Part shown: positions 37,701 to 52,700 of the stretch, one piece after another
How positions within the stretch are numbered: the stretch's first letter is position 1
Layout: every line of letters starts with the position of its first letter
DNA from: Takakia lepidozioides
Lineage: Eukaryota > Plantae > Bryophyta
DNA: 64,000 bases
Direction of reading: 5' to 3'
Assembly (NCBI GenBank): GCA_030704615.1
Contig: CM060732.1
Span: 64,728,001-64,792,000 of the forward strand
Position numbers and translations under genes: made by a program
The notes under the pieces: model-generated
Databases searched by the model: none
What the model saw: only the letters and a program-made list of their open reading frames with translations
Told to the model about the DNA's origin: nothing

Positions 37701-40700
37701 GGAGGAGAGAAAAGGGTGACCAAATGAGATATCTGACAGAATGTACTCATAGGACAATTTGCCGTAGCCTTATGGCCATAGACCTGCGCCCAGTTTGGGC
37801 CGAACAGATATCCAACAGAGAGAGAACGAGAGAAAGGGTGTGGAGAACCTCGGAAAATGCTTGTTACAGATGTACCAAAGTAAACAAATCGGCGTCTTAA
37901 ATTCCAGAGATATCTCCGTGGAACTCCTATGGGCTGCAAACTGCTTGCATGGTCTGCAAAAACCTGCCATCACACCATCTCCAGTGTATCAATTCTGCTA
38001 GCCACAAAAGGTGCAGCCCCATCAAGTAGTGCAATCCTCCATAAGGGTATTAGGTAGTTATTAACTTACTTAGCCATGGCACTTTCAGTAGGAATTTCTA
38101 ATATCTTAAAATACTTTGTCTATCAGGGTCACTGTACAAGGAGCCACCGTTGCTGATTCAGTGACTTCATATTTTTGCTATGTTGTCACCACTCCTCACG
38201 TAAAGACCCAGCATTTGCATACAAATAACCGACCCACTCCTGCAGCTTATGTCAACCATTATCTCAGGGAATGAGCTTTATATTTTAAGGAGGACATTGA
38301 TTTATGCATAATTGATTGGTAAAACAAATAATCGGTATAAGTGTCATACCTCATTGACTTGAAAATAAGTGCCATTTAGAGGGAACTTTCCCTGCATAGC
38401 TGTTCTGCATGGCACCTAATTTCATCAAGGTTTCCCAATTCAGTGACTATTCTGTATTAGGTGTCCAAAACACCACAGCTGTAGCAAGCATGGTACACCT
38501 TATCAACCCATCACTCAAGTCAAAAAACTGCCCGAAAGAAGTCATCTAACAAACCTCTTTGGCAGCAGATCCATGGTAGGCGGGTTTTACCCCCCTTCCA
38601 AGATGTGCATGGGACAGGATTCAGCAATCATTGCTACAACATGGTTTAGTCAATTGCTTATTTCTGACCAGCTTTGTATGGGAAGTACATGATACTTGAG
38701 TTCAGGCTTTTTTCAGCACTACATCATATTTTCCAGTTTGAATTTAATGTCTAGATGCTCACCAAGAGTGTGCCCTTAACAGTTTCTGCATCCCCGTCAG
38801 GACCAGACAATGCAAAAGGATTGTCTATGTCACAGTCGTTCAAATCTGGTGTAGACTCTGGTACCTCGCCTACAGACCCCCAGTTCCCAATACCTCAAAA
38901 ACAACATATGACAAATTCTGCATGCACATAATTGTCTTAGATCTTTATACAAACATAGGCAGAGTAGCAAGATATGTTCAATCTGTGCAGGCTCCATTGC
39001 ACATCCAGTTGTTAAAGAAGCATCCATTTTTCACTGGTTCTACGAAGTTCACTAACCGCCTCTTTAAACTGAGCAGTTGAGTGGGGCTAAACACAATCAA
39101 TGCCTGTTTCTCGCATTGCAAGCAAACCAATTAATCTGCCTTCTTGCAACAGATGTATACAAGAATCAGGACAAGTACCAGGGCTCCAAATTGCGAGCAG
39201 ATAGCAACAAGGGTCGTCAGCTTCTCTTGCATCCATCTGCATCTACAAACATCAGCACCTTTTATTCCTTTCCACAAACAGCAATTAAGTAGCCTGCAGG
39301 TCTCTTTCCTCTCAGATTCTGGAGAAAATATGCAAGGTGTTTTTTGTAAGAATCTCTGTTTTCCAGGTCTGCTGGACATGCAGTTCCATCAGCTGCTGTC
39401 TACTAAGCTTGTAATTTATAGTGTTAACCGCTTCTTGACAATTGTCAGGTGTTCCTTTTCCCTCAGTTCTCCCATGTAACTCTTCTCACAGCTAGTTTGG
39501 GGTGGAGATTTTGGTTAAGCCTAGACTGTGGCACATGCATCTTATCTGTATCCGTGGAAGGAGCAGCTCAGGAAACCCTGGTTTCGAGGCTAACTGCCAA
39601 GGCCAAGGGATTTTTTCCCAGCGACTATTCAGGAATCTGTGTAGAACTTACTCTTAATTTGATGTGTACCAGCGGGTATAATAGAAATGCCATGAATACA
39701 ATCGTAATTTGGCTACCTGCACCCTGTGCCTTGGATTTCCTGCCGGGCTTGTAGCTTGGCAGCCCACCAAAAGGGAGCACTACTGGAGTCTCCCAGTTTC
39801 AATTGTATTGGATACTATAGTGCCCCATAGGTGCTATATGTACTCTGTGGGGTGGTCCATATAGGGTCATAAGCGCCTATGGACAAGATGAAGAACAGAA
39901 AGGATGTAATGAACTTCATAATGTCCATGGGAAGCTCCAAGGGCTGATGGTGCTCTCACTTCCACTGGAAGCCGAAGAAGTGAGAAATGTTACCTCATTA
40001 AGAAGTGGATGACCGTCAGGGAGTTCATATCTGCAAGCATGACAAACATGTCAAAAATTTCTCCTCATTCAATAATAGTAGTCAAGTGAAGGGCGTTATG
40101 AGAACCTGCTAATGAGACTTGTTTCACTCTAAAAATAGAAAGATCATAACAGAAGATAGAAGAAGAATGTTATGAGCTTTCTTCTTTCCTGTGAATTTTA
40201 TGATCTTTGTTCTTCTTCATTCAATAGAAAGATATAACATTCACAGGAAACCCAAGCATGATAACGGGGCAAGGACTCATAGCAAAGAAGGAAATGAGAA
40301 AGAGAGCTCTTTGAGGGTTAAGAGTCTTCTAACACATAATGAACTGTTTGGAGGCGGCCAATGTTCTTCAACTTGGGCACAGGCTTGAAAGCAGCTTCAG
40401 GGGGCAGCAAAACAAGCGCCTGTGATGGAATATCAACTATCAAGGCTCCTGATGGCTGAGAAATATCTGCACAATCCAATGCGTCTTCAATGTCCCCCAG
40501 TGAATCCATTGCATCAACTCCATCATTTGGAGGTTGGTCATTGCTGGGAGCATTTGACGGCATACAGTGAACCCCAACAGTTTCCAGGACCCTCAGTTCT
40601 GATTCAAACACAACATTTGCAGGGTTGGGTGGACAGCTGTTCGAGATGCCAAACTCCATGTTATGTCGGTTATGTGTTCCCTGTTTGCTTATACTGAGCA

Positions 40701-43700
40701 TCGGGTCGTCCTTTATCTCTGCAGCAGTGGGCTTGTCCACCATGCCAATGTCTGACTCGGTATCCGATTCGTCGGACGTGCTGGGCTCTTCAATTATGGG
40801 TAGACAATACCTGGGGGACACTGCCGCAGTAGTCTTTACACTTCCGAAGAAGACATCCTGTCCTGCTTCTGGACCCACTGAGTGTCCTGGATGAGCTGCT
40901 GATGGTAATGCCAGTATTGGACCAGCTGCTTTGTCTGGTGCCGTTAACAAAGGCTTGGCACTGTGGCATGCTCCATCACCCCATCTCACATTACAACATG
41001 CAGGGCCGTTATTTATATTTCTGTTCTTCCTACTCCGCAAGGTTAGAATCTTACAGCCCAATTACTTCTTTGCACATCCTCTCCGTCTACAAGAAGCACT
41101 CTGCTGTCTCAATGACTCTTTCTTTCCATGGCGGTTCATACTAGTTCTAGAGTTCCTTCTGAAATGGTTCCAACTGCTCTTTGTCCCTTGGGTCCTCTTG
41201 GCAGCATATCTGCATGAGACTTTCCGCGGACGTTATAAAGTACCATTTCATTTCATCTTAGAGAATCTTGATGAATTGTTTTTGGGCTGCTTGTTAAGGA
41301 CCCCACTCTCTTCCATTTTGTCCCATAAGCTCTATGAGCTTTCCGTGGATGTTATAAAGCACCATTTCATTTCATTTCTCTTTCTTATATCCTGCTTTCT
41401 TTTGTCCCATAAGCTGTCCACAGACGTTATAAACTCTTTTTCTTAGACATAAGCTTTATGAGCTTTCCGCGGACATTATAAAGAACCATTTCATTTCATT
41501 TAGACAAGAAGTGTTGACTCTTAGACAATCCCTTGAGATGTAGTTGCTTTTGGACTATTTGTGGCCCCGCATTTCATTTCTCTTTCTTGTTTCTTGTTTC
41601 TTTCCTGCACGAGGCCTTGACCCTTAGACAATCCCTTGAGCAGTAGTTGCTTTTGGGCTGTTTTTTGGCTCTGGTTTTGTTTCCTCTCTCTTGTTTTTTT
41701 CCCATTTGTCCCATAAGCTCTATGAGCTTTCCGCGGACGTTATAAAGCACCATTCCATTTCATTTCCCAAGCCAAAGCCAATGGGCAACAGTGTTATGAG
41801 GTTGAATAGCAACACTGACCTGGCATAAGCACTGGCATAGTGCTTGCAATCAGAGCGCATGGGACATGCATTGCAGTTGGGCCTGCTCTTTGTGCAAAAG
41901 ACCTGCAGACCAGGATTGCATTGCTATTTGTTAACAACGTATTCCACTTGACAAATGAAGTCCTGTGACTTTGTAAAGTCGTAGACCACCAACTCAACCC
42001 AAAAAAAATATTGACGAGTTGTTAAAAGGGTAATCATGAAGAGATGCTCCTAGAGGCAGAGGTGGGAAGAAGTTATCTCGTAATACAGAGGGCAAGAAAA
42101 GAAGAAGTGTTCTTCAGTTTCAATTTCCTGGTTGCGCCCTGTGCAAGCTGGGCATAGGAAATGAAATGAAATGGTGCTTTATAACGTCCACGGAAAGCTC
42201 ATAGAGCTTATGGGACAAAATGGAAAGAAAAACATGAGAGAAATGAATGAAATGGTGCTTTATAACGTCCGCGGAAAGCTCATAGAGCTTATGGGACAAA
42301 ATGGAAAGAAAACATGAGAGAAAACAGGAAACCAGAGTCAGAGATAAGAACTATTGTTCGAGTGATTGAGTGGAGGCCTCAACAAGCAGCTCAAAAAAAA
42401 CCATCCATCAAGAGATTCTTTAAAACATCTTTATAGCTTTACAACGTCCAGAGGAAGAGAGATGAAAGATACTTTATAATGTCAACGGAAAGCTCAAAGA
42501 GCTTATGGGACAGTGAAAATGAAATGAAATGAAATGAAATGGTAGAGAGGGAGAGAAAGAGGACCTTTCCAAACGTGATCATCTGATAGTGAAGTTCATA
42601 CCTGCAACAAAGCATCCATCACTCATTACAGTACAAGATTCAGTCTAAGCTTGAGAATGAACACTATTCTTGAGCTGGCCGACTGAACCTTCCTGCAGAT
42701 AAGCCTTACAAACAAAAGCCATTATTCAGATTTTGTAAATAAAGTATCTATACACACAGCATGCACGAGCTCAGTCATTCCTTATAATTTGCTGCAAGAA
42801 AAGAAGTGTAGGTAGCCAAGCTTACAAAATCTCCTTATCAAGGGTGCAAAGGCGGGGCCATAGATATTGTTGAATCGATGCCTGAACAGGGTACCTATTA
42901 TACACCATCATGCCATGACGATGTCCAGGGTTATCCCAAACTAAAGATGCAGAGCAGATCACTAGAAATGGGAACAATGGATTCTAAGAACACCCAATCA
43001 AGTAATGCTGTAACAACCTCCTTATAGAATAATCAGGTTCAACCCTATGGGCAGTTTAGGGAGTGATGCCTGCAGCGTGGGTCACTCCTTAGGCACAAAA
43101 TCTCTCTAGATCTTCAAGGTTGTAAACTACTGCTCTGACACACACAGCACCACATTTCCTGTATGGATAGTCTGCAGACCAGTGCAGTTCACCACTAAAG
43201 TCTCCCACTGATATAGAGAGTGTATCCTGTGCTTTCAATCTGCTGCAACAACATATCCAGCAAATGTTGTATTCAACATACTTATCTAGTATATGCAGCT
43301 GAACTTCCTCTGGCAATGGCTGCAGAGGGACCCAACCTAGCCTCACAAATATGCGTCCCACGTTTGTGTCCACCTGGTACAAAATAATGCAACAGCCTAT
43401 TAGTTTGCAAGCAAACAACTCCTAATGTCTTGAGCCAACACACCTTTCAGGGTTTTACCATCTCAAGTATCTAAGCATACATGGCCTGAATCTAATGCGC
43501 CTAAGGAAATGATATTCCCTCCATGACAGTTTAAACTAACTAAATGGATGCCAGCTATGGGCGTCAAGTGTCTGACAAGATAAAGTTTCAGTTACTAAGG
43601 TACACAATTGATGAATTCACCCCGCCAGGGGAATTTCGTGTCTGAGCAAATAAAGAATGCACTCATAAGACGTTTGCCGTAGCCTTGTGTCTGAGGAAAT

Positions 43701-46700
43701 AAAGATTTAGTCAGTACGGTATACTTATGTTGAACTTTCTAAGCAGTTATAGATGCTCAATCCATCGGCAGACGTTGACAACAAACACCCAAAAAGTTGG
43801 AATGGGGACGAGGAGCAGTCCCTCAGGCTTTTCCTTTATGGTGGCCCCCTCCATCAAACTTCTATATTTCTTTGAGGAGGGAGCCACAGAATCAGTACTG
43901 TAAATCCATGCCACTTATAAATGAACTAAATCACCATTGTCCCACCAAAATGACTAGGTGCCCTCAGTGCCTTGATCAAAATCTAGACACCTGGCATGTG
44001 GTAACAGACCTCAACCTAGCTCGCAAGTAGTTTGATTGCAGATACGGTGCAATAATTGGAGTTTTCTGCAGCAAGAACCACATTGACATGAAGTAGGCTC
44101 CATGGATCTCACTTACAGGGAAGGAAGGATGATGGAGGGTGAGCAGTCTGATACAATCGACACTTTTGGGCCCCAGCCCATATATGTTTGAGAGAAACTC
44201 TCTGCAGGCAGTTGCAATAACAATTCAAGGACAACATTAGTCAACAGCCTGATGTCTACATAAAATTACTTGTACTGAGCTTGCTAGGAAGGAGACAGAC
44301 ATGAAATGGTGCTTTATAACGTGCATTATAACAGACAGAAGGACCCTCCTTACCTGCAGATGGACATGAATACCCAAACTAAGTCCAACCACACCTTTAT
44401 CGTGACAAACAGGTACATGGCTTGAAGAGCTTACTTTGAATCATCAACGGAGAGGGACCGGAGCCATTCCAGGTCAATCTTCCCATGATCGTTGTGCAAT
44501 CTATCAAGGAAACCCTGCAGAACTAGCTCCGACTGTCAATGTTGAGTAAAAACTCCTACCACAACTGAAAGAGCAACATATTATAAACCTCTGAGCTTGC
44601 GTAAATTTTCCAGTAGTGCACCAATGAATACTCCTTACCTGGCAATAATTGACCACAGATCCCATTGGCTCTGCAAGACCATGATACTAAAGGCTTCATA
44701 AAATAAATATATCGATCAAATAGTCAGGTAATCTGCACCCTTTTCCAAGGTGTGTTCTCGTATAACATATTTCAATGTCTCTGGGACATTATACGAACCC
44801 CCTAGCGCTATCTCTGAAAAGAAAATGACAAATGCAGGAGGAGCCGTCCAAATAAATGCTCTACTGTTGCATTCTGAAAAGGAAATAGTTTGTGAGAATT
44901 TCTGACCAAGATTCTGTCAGCAAGGATATTGTACATCCCACGCTCCTTGATTATCTCCGCGAGCTGTGGTACATCCAGAAGCCTCACTGCCTCCCAATCA
45001 ACAGCATCCTCTGCAGAGAAGCTCCTGGCATGCTCATGATCCTGCTGGTTTGTTCCAGTTCTCTCAATTCTCCAGGCTTCCCAGTCCTTAAGGTCAACCG
45101 GTTCTTTTTCTTCGAATCTGGCCCTTTGAGGACCACTTAGGCCTTTTTTATTGAAATTTCCCTTTGGTCTCCTCCCTTTCTCAACTGTCCTTCTACGTGG
45201 GACATAAACTTCAGATACATTTGCACTTTGACCTCTTCTACGTTGCACTGCTTGTAGGTTCAAGGGCCTGTTCACTTTGACTGCAGACCTCTCTTGCGAT
45301 GAATTTTGCATTGAGATTGTACTCCTCCCTAGGATGGTATGGACGGTTCCTGCCAAAGCTTGTTCTAACAGATGCCCATACTCATCGTTGAGGAAATCAT
45401 TCCCATGAAGTTGTTCGGGATTGAATAAGTCTCCACCTAAGCACTGCACAGTATCGTGGTGTTTTCCTGGACCACCAACTTTGTCTTCTTTCTCTGAACA
45501 GTCTACTGCAGGAGCTTGAGCGACACCAGCCCCAACCTGCGTGTTCATATCAGGACTGACATGAGGAGAAGTGTCTAAGGGATCAGAAGACATAGTGAAA
45601 TGTTCTAGCATATTTGAACCCTCCTGGGACGTAGCAGGCAATAATAAGGCCTCCCCAAACCTTTCTTCCAAAGAATCTTCCACGGAGCAGTTGATATCTG
45701 GATCATCCACTTCAGTCATATTAACTGAGAGTTCAGCAACAGTCTCAGGGTCACTAATAGGTTCCAGGTCAGTGATAGCTCTGTTTGGATCTCGTCCTTC
45801 GCATCCATCCAGACATGTTGCAGATGTGGCCTCACATTTACTTATCCTACACTCTGGGTACCCTTGTTCCAGGGGTTCACCAGATTCCACTGGGGTGCTA
45901 GCCTGTTTGGAGCCATTGACACCCTGACGAGTGACAGGGAAGTGCGAACGTAGTGCCATAAAGGCCGAGCTGCAATCACACAACTTGTTCAGTGCCACAT
46001 CAAACAGTAATGAGAAGGTGAAAAGACTCCACAAATGGACTCATCATGGCAGCAACCTAAACAGTCCTTGCCAATTTGCCATGACTGTTGTACTATCAGA
46101 CACATATCTCACCTCACACTGTTATGCTATCTTTGGTCAACAGGGAAGAATCATCTAGGATCGATCAAGACACTTATTTTTGCATATTCCTGGATATGAG
46201 GTACAATAACATCAGCAAAATTAACTGTTACATCATGTGACAAAATAAGTGCTAGACAGACTTTCAAATCCTCCACTGAGATTCTTGGTTTTCATAGCTT
46301 GCATGCATGTCCTCCCTATACCAGCCATTTGAATTTAAGTACCTGGAAAGGAAATCAGACACATTTTGTGTCATGAATGCGCCTACCACTGAATCGACGA
46401 CAGAGCCTTTCCACTCAGAGAAGCTACGATCACCTGCAGCATGGGACAGTTTGCAGAATCAAGCAAAGATTATCGGTCTCTCTCTGCAGGTTTTTGTGTC
46501 ATTGCCTCTTTGTTTGACTCGAGCCAAACCTTCGCACACCTCTCTTACTCTCTAGGAAGTTAAGTTCATCCACTCTGCTGGGGTGAGTTCTCATTCTGTT
46601 AGAAAGTTACAAGAGTATCTCCAGAGCATAGTAAGGCTGAAGGTCTCTTGCAGTTAGAGTGATCTTGTCCAATAAGCTCTTTGGCTTCCTGTGGAGCTTG

Positions 46701-49700
46701 TAGAGTTCCTTATCTTTCCTTCCTCTCTTTGAAATTGAACCTGAAGAACACTTCTTCTTTTATTGCCCTCTATATTACGAGATCCGTGGGAGATTCCACT
46801 GTCTATTCCGCGGAACTCAATCTCTCACTGAAGTCTTACTATGAGGATCAGAAATGCTTGGCAGCTTACCTGCACGAGGCCTTCACCCTTAGACAATCCC
46901 TCAAGCAGGAGTTTTTTGTGGCTCTGGTTTTGTTTCCTCTCTCATGTTTTTTTCCATTTTGTCCCAGAAGCTCTTTGAGCTTTCCGCGGACGTTACAAAG
47001 TACCATTTCATTTCCTTTCATTTCTCTTTGATCACATGTGCCCTCAAAGCATCCTACAGATGAAATAAATTTTGGTCCCATCTCCTTTGTGTATAACAAA
47101 GTAAAAACTTCTCCTTGTTCATCTTCATTGGTGTAGGAAACCTCCTTAGAACCTTATTTTCCGCAGTTCCTTTGGGCCTCCACTGGACTCGGTACATTCT
47201 CTCCTTGCATTGTAATTTTCTGATTGTGGTGGCTGGTTGTTGGGGGCCACTTTTTTGTCTGTTTTTCTTTTCTTTTCCTTTGTCCCATACGCTCTTAGAG
47301 CTTCATCTCTTCTACGGGCATTGGGAAGCTTCAGGGTGAGCTCACACAGCCTGCGGATAGAGACTGGTAGATGGGACAACCTGGTGCGTGATGACCACTT
47401 GGTGCTTGCCTTGCAATAAAGATGACACAGGGGAGATTGACACTGATGAAAATTTCTTCTTCTGCTGTCTACTATGAGATCCAGGGTCACTACTACTGCC
47501 TATTGTGGTACAGCCAATCCTTGCTAAGATCTTTCATTTCAAGGATAAAAAATCTCAGCAGCGTATCTGCATGAGGTTTTTCCATCTTAGAGAATCTCTT
47601 GATGAATAATTATTTAGGGCTGCTTGTTAAGACCCCACCTTACTTGTATTCTGCTTTCTTTTGTCCCATAAGCTCTTGAGCTTTTCACAGACAGTATAAC
47701 GTCCCTTTCTTTTCTTATCATTTCTTGTTTTTCTCACACCCTCTACATTGTCATGAGGAGAGGAATATCTGGAGCAAGCGGATTGGGTCCAGATTATCAA
47801 TTAAATGACATGTACTAGCAGCTTGGCTAGTTTCATTTCATTCTTCCTGGTCTTTGCTGCATCGGAAGTGACACACGAGCTCATACAAAGAAAAGCTTGG
47901 CTTTCCCTCATCTAACCAGCTAGACGTTTTTCTCCTGCCAGCTGCTAGGATCTCCCTCAATTTCAAGATACTCGTTCTCAAGCTTCCTTTCAGCAAAAGC
48001 ATGAGGAGTGACAGTTAATGGGAAAGAGAGCCCAACCTTGTACCAAGTGCATGCGTGATATGAAGTCAGTTGCACGTACTTCCATGACACGCCTCTCTTC
48101 TTCCCATTTTATCTTCTTATCACCATCTGTCTCACTTCCAATATCATCGCTCTTTTCCTTCAACAGTTTCCAGACTCTAACAGTCTCTGCATCCAACACC
48201 ACTTTGGGTTGTATCCTAAGTTTCCTCTTTCGCAGAGAGTGTATGGGACCTTCATAGGGGACCAAGTCTCCAGCCCTGCCCTCATATGGGACAATTTGGA
48301 GCCCCTCAAACAACACGTTGGCACTATTCTGCTCTTGCATGACTTGCTCCTTATCTGTCACTGGAAGATACTTCTTTACATCAGGCAAATCAGCCACAAC
48401 TTGTGCTCTCCCAGTCTCTGGGATATTCTCCATCACATGCGGCCATAGCCCTACAATGAGCTTGCGCTCTGTTTCCGCCTGGACATACTTCATTATGTGG
48501 CGCCACAGGACCACTGGTGAGAGTGCACAACCAGGATAAGCCATCAAACTCTTCATGTATAAGATGCGCTGTGAGGCATTCATCCTTAAAAACGGGATTG
48601 GCTGATCAAAGAGACGAGAAGGACTATCTGGCCTCTGGCTGTTCCTTGCCATGGTTGTTTTCTGCTCTTCAAATCCTTCCATTGACGAGTTCGATTGGGT
48701 GCAGCCCTGATCATAATAACAAGAAAACCTATTGTGAGGGAACACTCCCACATTAACATCCACTAAACTTCCTGACCTTTCAAGGATGTCACATTCTGAT
48801 CCTCCCAATGACTGATTCCACAAGAACTGCTCTGATGTTGCCACAGTATTAAAATCTTTCATCAGAGATCTCCGGAGTGTATTTCTCTTGGCACTTGGTG
48901 ACTCCATATTCGATGGCCCCCACAGTGACTCTCCTCCAATATTGCAAACCCCATCCCTCTCCAAAGTGATGACCTGATCTATTGACAATCCCACCTTAAC
49001 AACCGGCTGTCCCAACATTAGGTCGTCTGTAGCATTGGACTGCTCTGCAACTGATATTTCCACTGATACTGGCCTATCACGTATTAGTTTTACAGAAGAA
49101 TTTGAATGAACAGTCCACTGCTCCATCAAAGGATTTGCTGCTGGTGTTACCGCCCCATCCAGTGGAACCACCATATGTGATTTCCCACCCAATAACACTT
49201 CAGCATTTGAATGTTGCAAGTCTGATCTCGTGGACAACACTGCTCCAGGCTGTTTCGAAAAGTACAATCCACCTATTATGGCCTTGGAATTCCCAAGCTC
49301 TTTATCTAAGTTCTCATTCTCAATGGCAGTTGACAGGGTACTGCCAAAATTTATTTTGCAACTCTGAGCTGTATGTCTGGATCTTTTGCAAGCTGCACTT
49401 TTGCATATGGCTGTGTTATGAGTATGTGGTCCAGGCTGGCCAGCCAGTTTGGTCAAATCCTCACCCTCTGCAGTTTTGTGTTTCTGTCTTGTCCGTTTCC
49501 TTTTCACAATAGCTGTGGTACTGACAAGAAGCAACGCAGAAGGAGTTATGGACCCTATTCTGTCAGCTGTCTCATCAAGTCCCACACCAGTGTCAAGCTC
49601 TATCCTATCACCTAAAATAATAAGATCCCCTTGCTCTGCATTCCTTCGTTTTTTCCTCCTTGATTTTCTCGTCAAACCAACAGCAGTGCCATCATCCAAA

Positions 49701-52700
49701 GCTGGAGCAACGCCTTTTGAGCCTCCTTTACACGATGTATGACCAACCCCTGAATTGCATGCAGCATCAAGTTACAAAGCTGGGACATGCTTAGGTGAAC
49801 TGTACTTCGCTATAAGGTAAGTAAAGTGCCTTAGCACTGTCTCAAATGTGTTCACAGGCCAAACATTGCTCCATGGATAGGAAAATCCCAGAGACCCACA
49901 ATAAAGCATAACCAACTTGTGCTCCCTAAAAGTTGAGCAATCTCCTTTGAAAAACACCTCGGTATTAGGACTTCTAGTTCAGATGGCGCCTATTGAGGTC
50001 TGTCACAGTGATAATCATACCTTCTCCATCTTTGCATGTCTTTCTCTTTTTGCTCTTTCCGCTCCGCTCCTTTCCTTTTTGAGGAGATATTAGTGGTTTC
50101 TTCTCCTTGAAAACCTTCGGTGTGTATTTCTTCTTTTTGACAGTGGCAGACACAATCGATTCCTGCAGTCCAGGGGCATTTATGATCAAACACAAACGAC
50201 AATATGCACCAAGAAGACAGACCTAGCACATTCAAGTGAAGAGAAGCTCTTGGTTTGCTTCTGCTGGGACTGCAGAATCCAAGGCGAGCTCTCCGAAGGA
50301 AGTGTGTCAGATTCTTGAAAGAGGTAGACAGGAAGACGCAAGCTCGCCTGAGGAGGTGTTCCCTTCTAGAGAGGCCTGAAGAGTGTCTGCATAAGCAACC
50401 ACCTGTATAAATGGTGTTCCACATGGTTTATTTACAATACGTGTTTGTTTGTTTTTTTTGGCTGGCACAAATTTCAATTATGTCACCCTTGCAAGGTAGA
50501 TTTGCATGGAGAGGCTCTCCTCCTTCCAGCAGAAGTATGTCAGCTCTTGCAAGTTTCTACCAAACTCATGAAGATCCTGAGAAGAATTCAATACTCACAT
50601 CAGCCAAAGTTAATAGATTGTTGGAGTTGCTATCAGAAGGTGTAGAAAAACAGAATTTTGGTGAGAGGTTGAGATTTCTACAAAGACTCTACTGGTTAGG
50701 TCCTTTAGTATTGGGCATACTGTGCATTGATGCCCAAAACCGACAGCACAAAGCTGGGAGGAGTTTCTGCCACAAGATTACTCTTAGCAACAGTAGACTA
50801 GCTATCAGAAGTTGCTCTCAAACTAATGGAATCCTATTCAGCAGGTAAGCCGGGGAAAGTTAGAGCCATTGTTGTCTGAGTTGCTATGAGGTGTAAAAAC
50901 CCACACTCAGGTGAGAGAGTGGACATGGGACTTCTACAGAGGCTGTAAGGTCCTTGGTGAAGATCAGCATGTTTGTGCTTTTACTGCAGTTTCTAACACC
51001 AGAGAGCACAAAGCCAGGGATTGGAGGCAGTAAATTGGTTAACAGTTTAACAAGGTAAGCAGGTCACAGATTGCAGTAGGTGCCAGATAAGCATCTCAAA
51101 TAACTTACAATGTGATGCAAATCTGCCATAGCAGGTCTTGACGGTAGCACTCCACTTCCAGGCCTGGTGAATACGTCTGCTTGTTTTTTCTTGTCAGTGC
51201 CTCTATCTACTCGGAAGAAGCTGGTGTCCATGTCAGAACAAGAATTGGCAAGACAAGTCCCCAAATCTCTTTCTGAAGCACCTGCGGGAACAGCAACTGT
51301 ACCCACATTGTGACAAAATAGTTCAGATCTATATACTTTGGTGAAAGAAAAGTTGATCTCATTTGATGGCTGACATTCATTTGAGGACATAAGGTCCTCA
51401 TTGTAGATGAAAACTAACAAATACTCTGGTCATAGATGGGTGGTCCTAAAAACTGCTTTTCTTGACTTCCTTTACATCCTCAGTGACATCATTATAATAT
51501 ACACAAATATTTCTCACACATGAAATTAGAAAATGACTAAAGATTATGCATTCATAATGTCTCATTGCCTCTCCAGCTCAACATCCTAAATTGAGTCATC
51601 TTTGTCCTCATGGCCATAATCTGGTTCTTGGTACTGATAAGTATCTTGAGCATTTTCTCTGGTTTCACGCATCATGTCCTCACCTAACAGAACAATACCC
51701 AGACAACAAATCAAATCCAGTCTCTAAAGAGCTCATGGGTTCCTTGAAGTGGTTTCGAGATTACCAGGGTTCAGAGCACTTGACTCCACTTCGGCCACAG
51801 GTTCTGAACTAGTTTCCATGGCCAATTTTGCTTGAAGTTGACCTGAGGTCTCAGGAGCCAGTCTCGAGGGTAGGTATGATTCTTCCAAAATGTTGGATGT
51901 GTTGGATATATAGCTTCCAACCACCAGTGCAAGTTCCTCTGAAGCCCCCATAGAACCAACAGAACTAGTTGGTTCTGTGTCGAAGCCAACTGACTGTGGT
52001 GCGACAGGCGTGCTAACTATAACAGAGTCAGAATTACATGAGGAGTACATTGATAAATCAACATAGATAGAGATTTCTTTTCCTGCATTTATGCAAGCTA
52101 AAGGCCCAGATTTTGGTGGGAGAGGAAGGCCGCCGGTTGAATTCTCTGGCCCATTGGCCAACAAAGGGACTGGACCGAACTCCAGAGGTAAAATTTCCAT
52201 ACCATTTGATGAGCACACATCCTTCTCTTTGGCTAGCAATTCCTGCACTGCCTGGTGGCTGGATGAAGTTCTTTGTCTTGTCTGCCCCTTTGCAGGCGTA
52301 AGTGGGATTATGGCTGCATCACCAAACCCATGTCTCCTGGGCATGCTCTCTGGACTGGGGATTGGCCCCTGAACCAAACCAGAAACAGACTGAACCACAT
52401 CCTCCCCCACCAGCAGTTCCTCTTGGTCAGATTTAAACCCATATTCTTCACTTTCAAGAATCTTCCCATCGCACAGAGCTTGGCCTGCATCACAGAAATT
52501 GAATTTTAAGTGGAGATGACATCTTGGACACTACATTTCTTCTTGGAGAGGTGCAGCATCCCAGATGTGAGTTCACAAATGGAAAACCTCTCTTGAAGAG
52601 ACCCTATAATACGAGGGCACGCAAGTGGGTCAGGAACCGGAGAAAACTGCCTGAGTGTGGCACAAGTGATCGGTCAAATTGCCTCTTAGGATAATGCAAA

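Noticed and set aside
41062-41209. Alternative DME acceptor at 41209
   Set aside because: It leads to an in-frame TAA and lies in antisense LINE remnant; the acceptor at 40960 restores the conserved YAS-AK/R junction
41215-42520. CRISPR-like repeat/spacer appearance of the palindromic family A repeats
   Set aside because: Irregular spacing, both orientations, identical to the LINE 3' UTR, eukaryotic context and no cas genes
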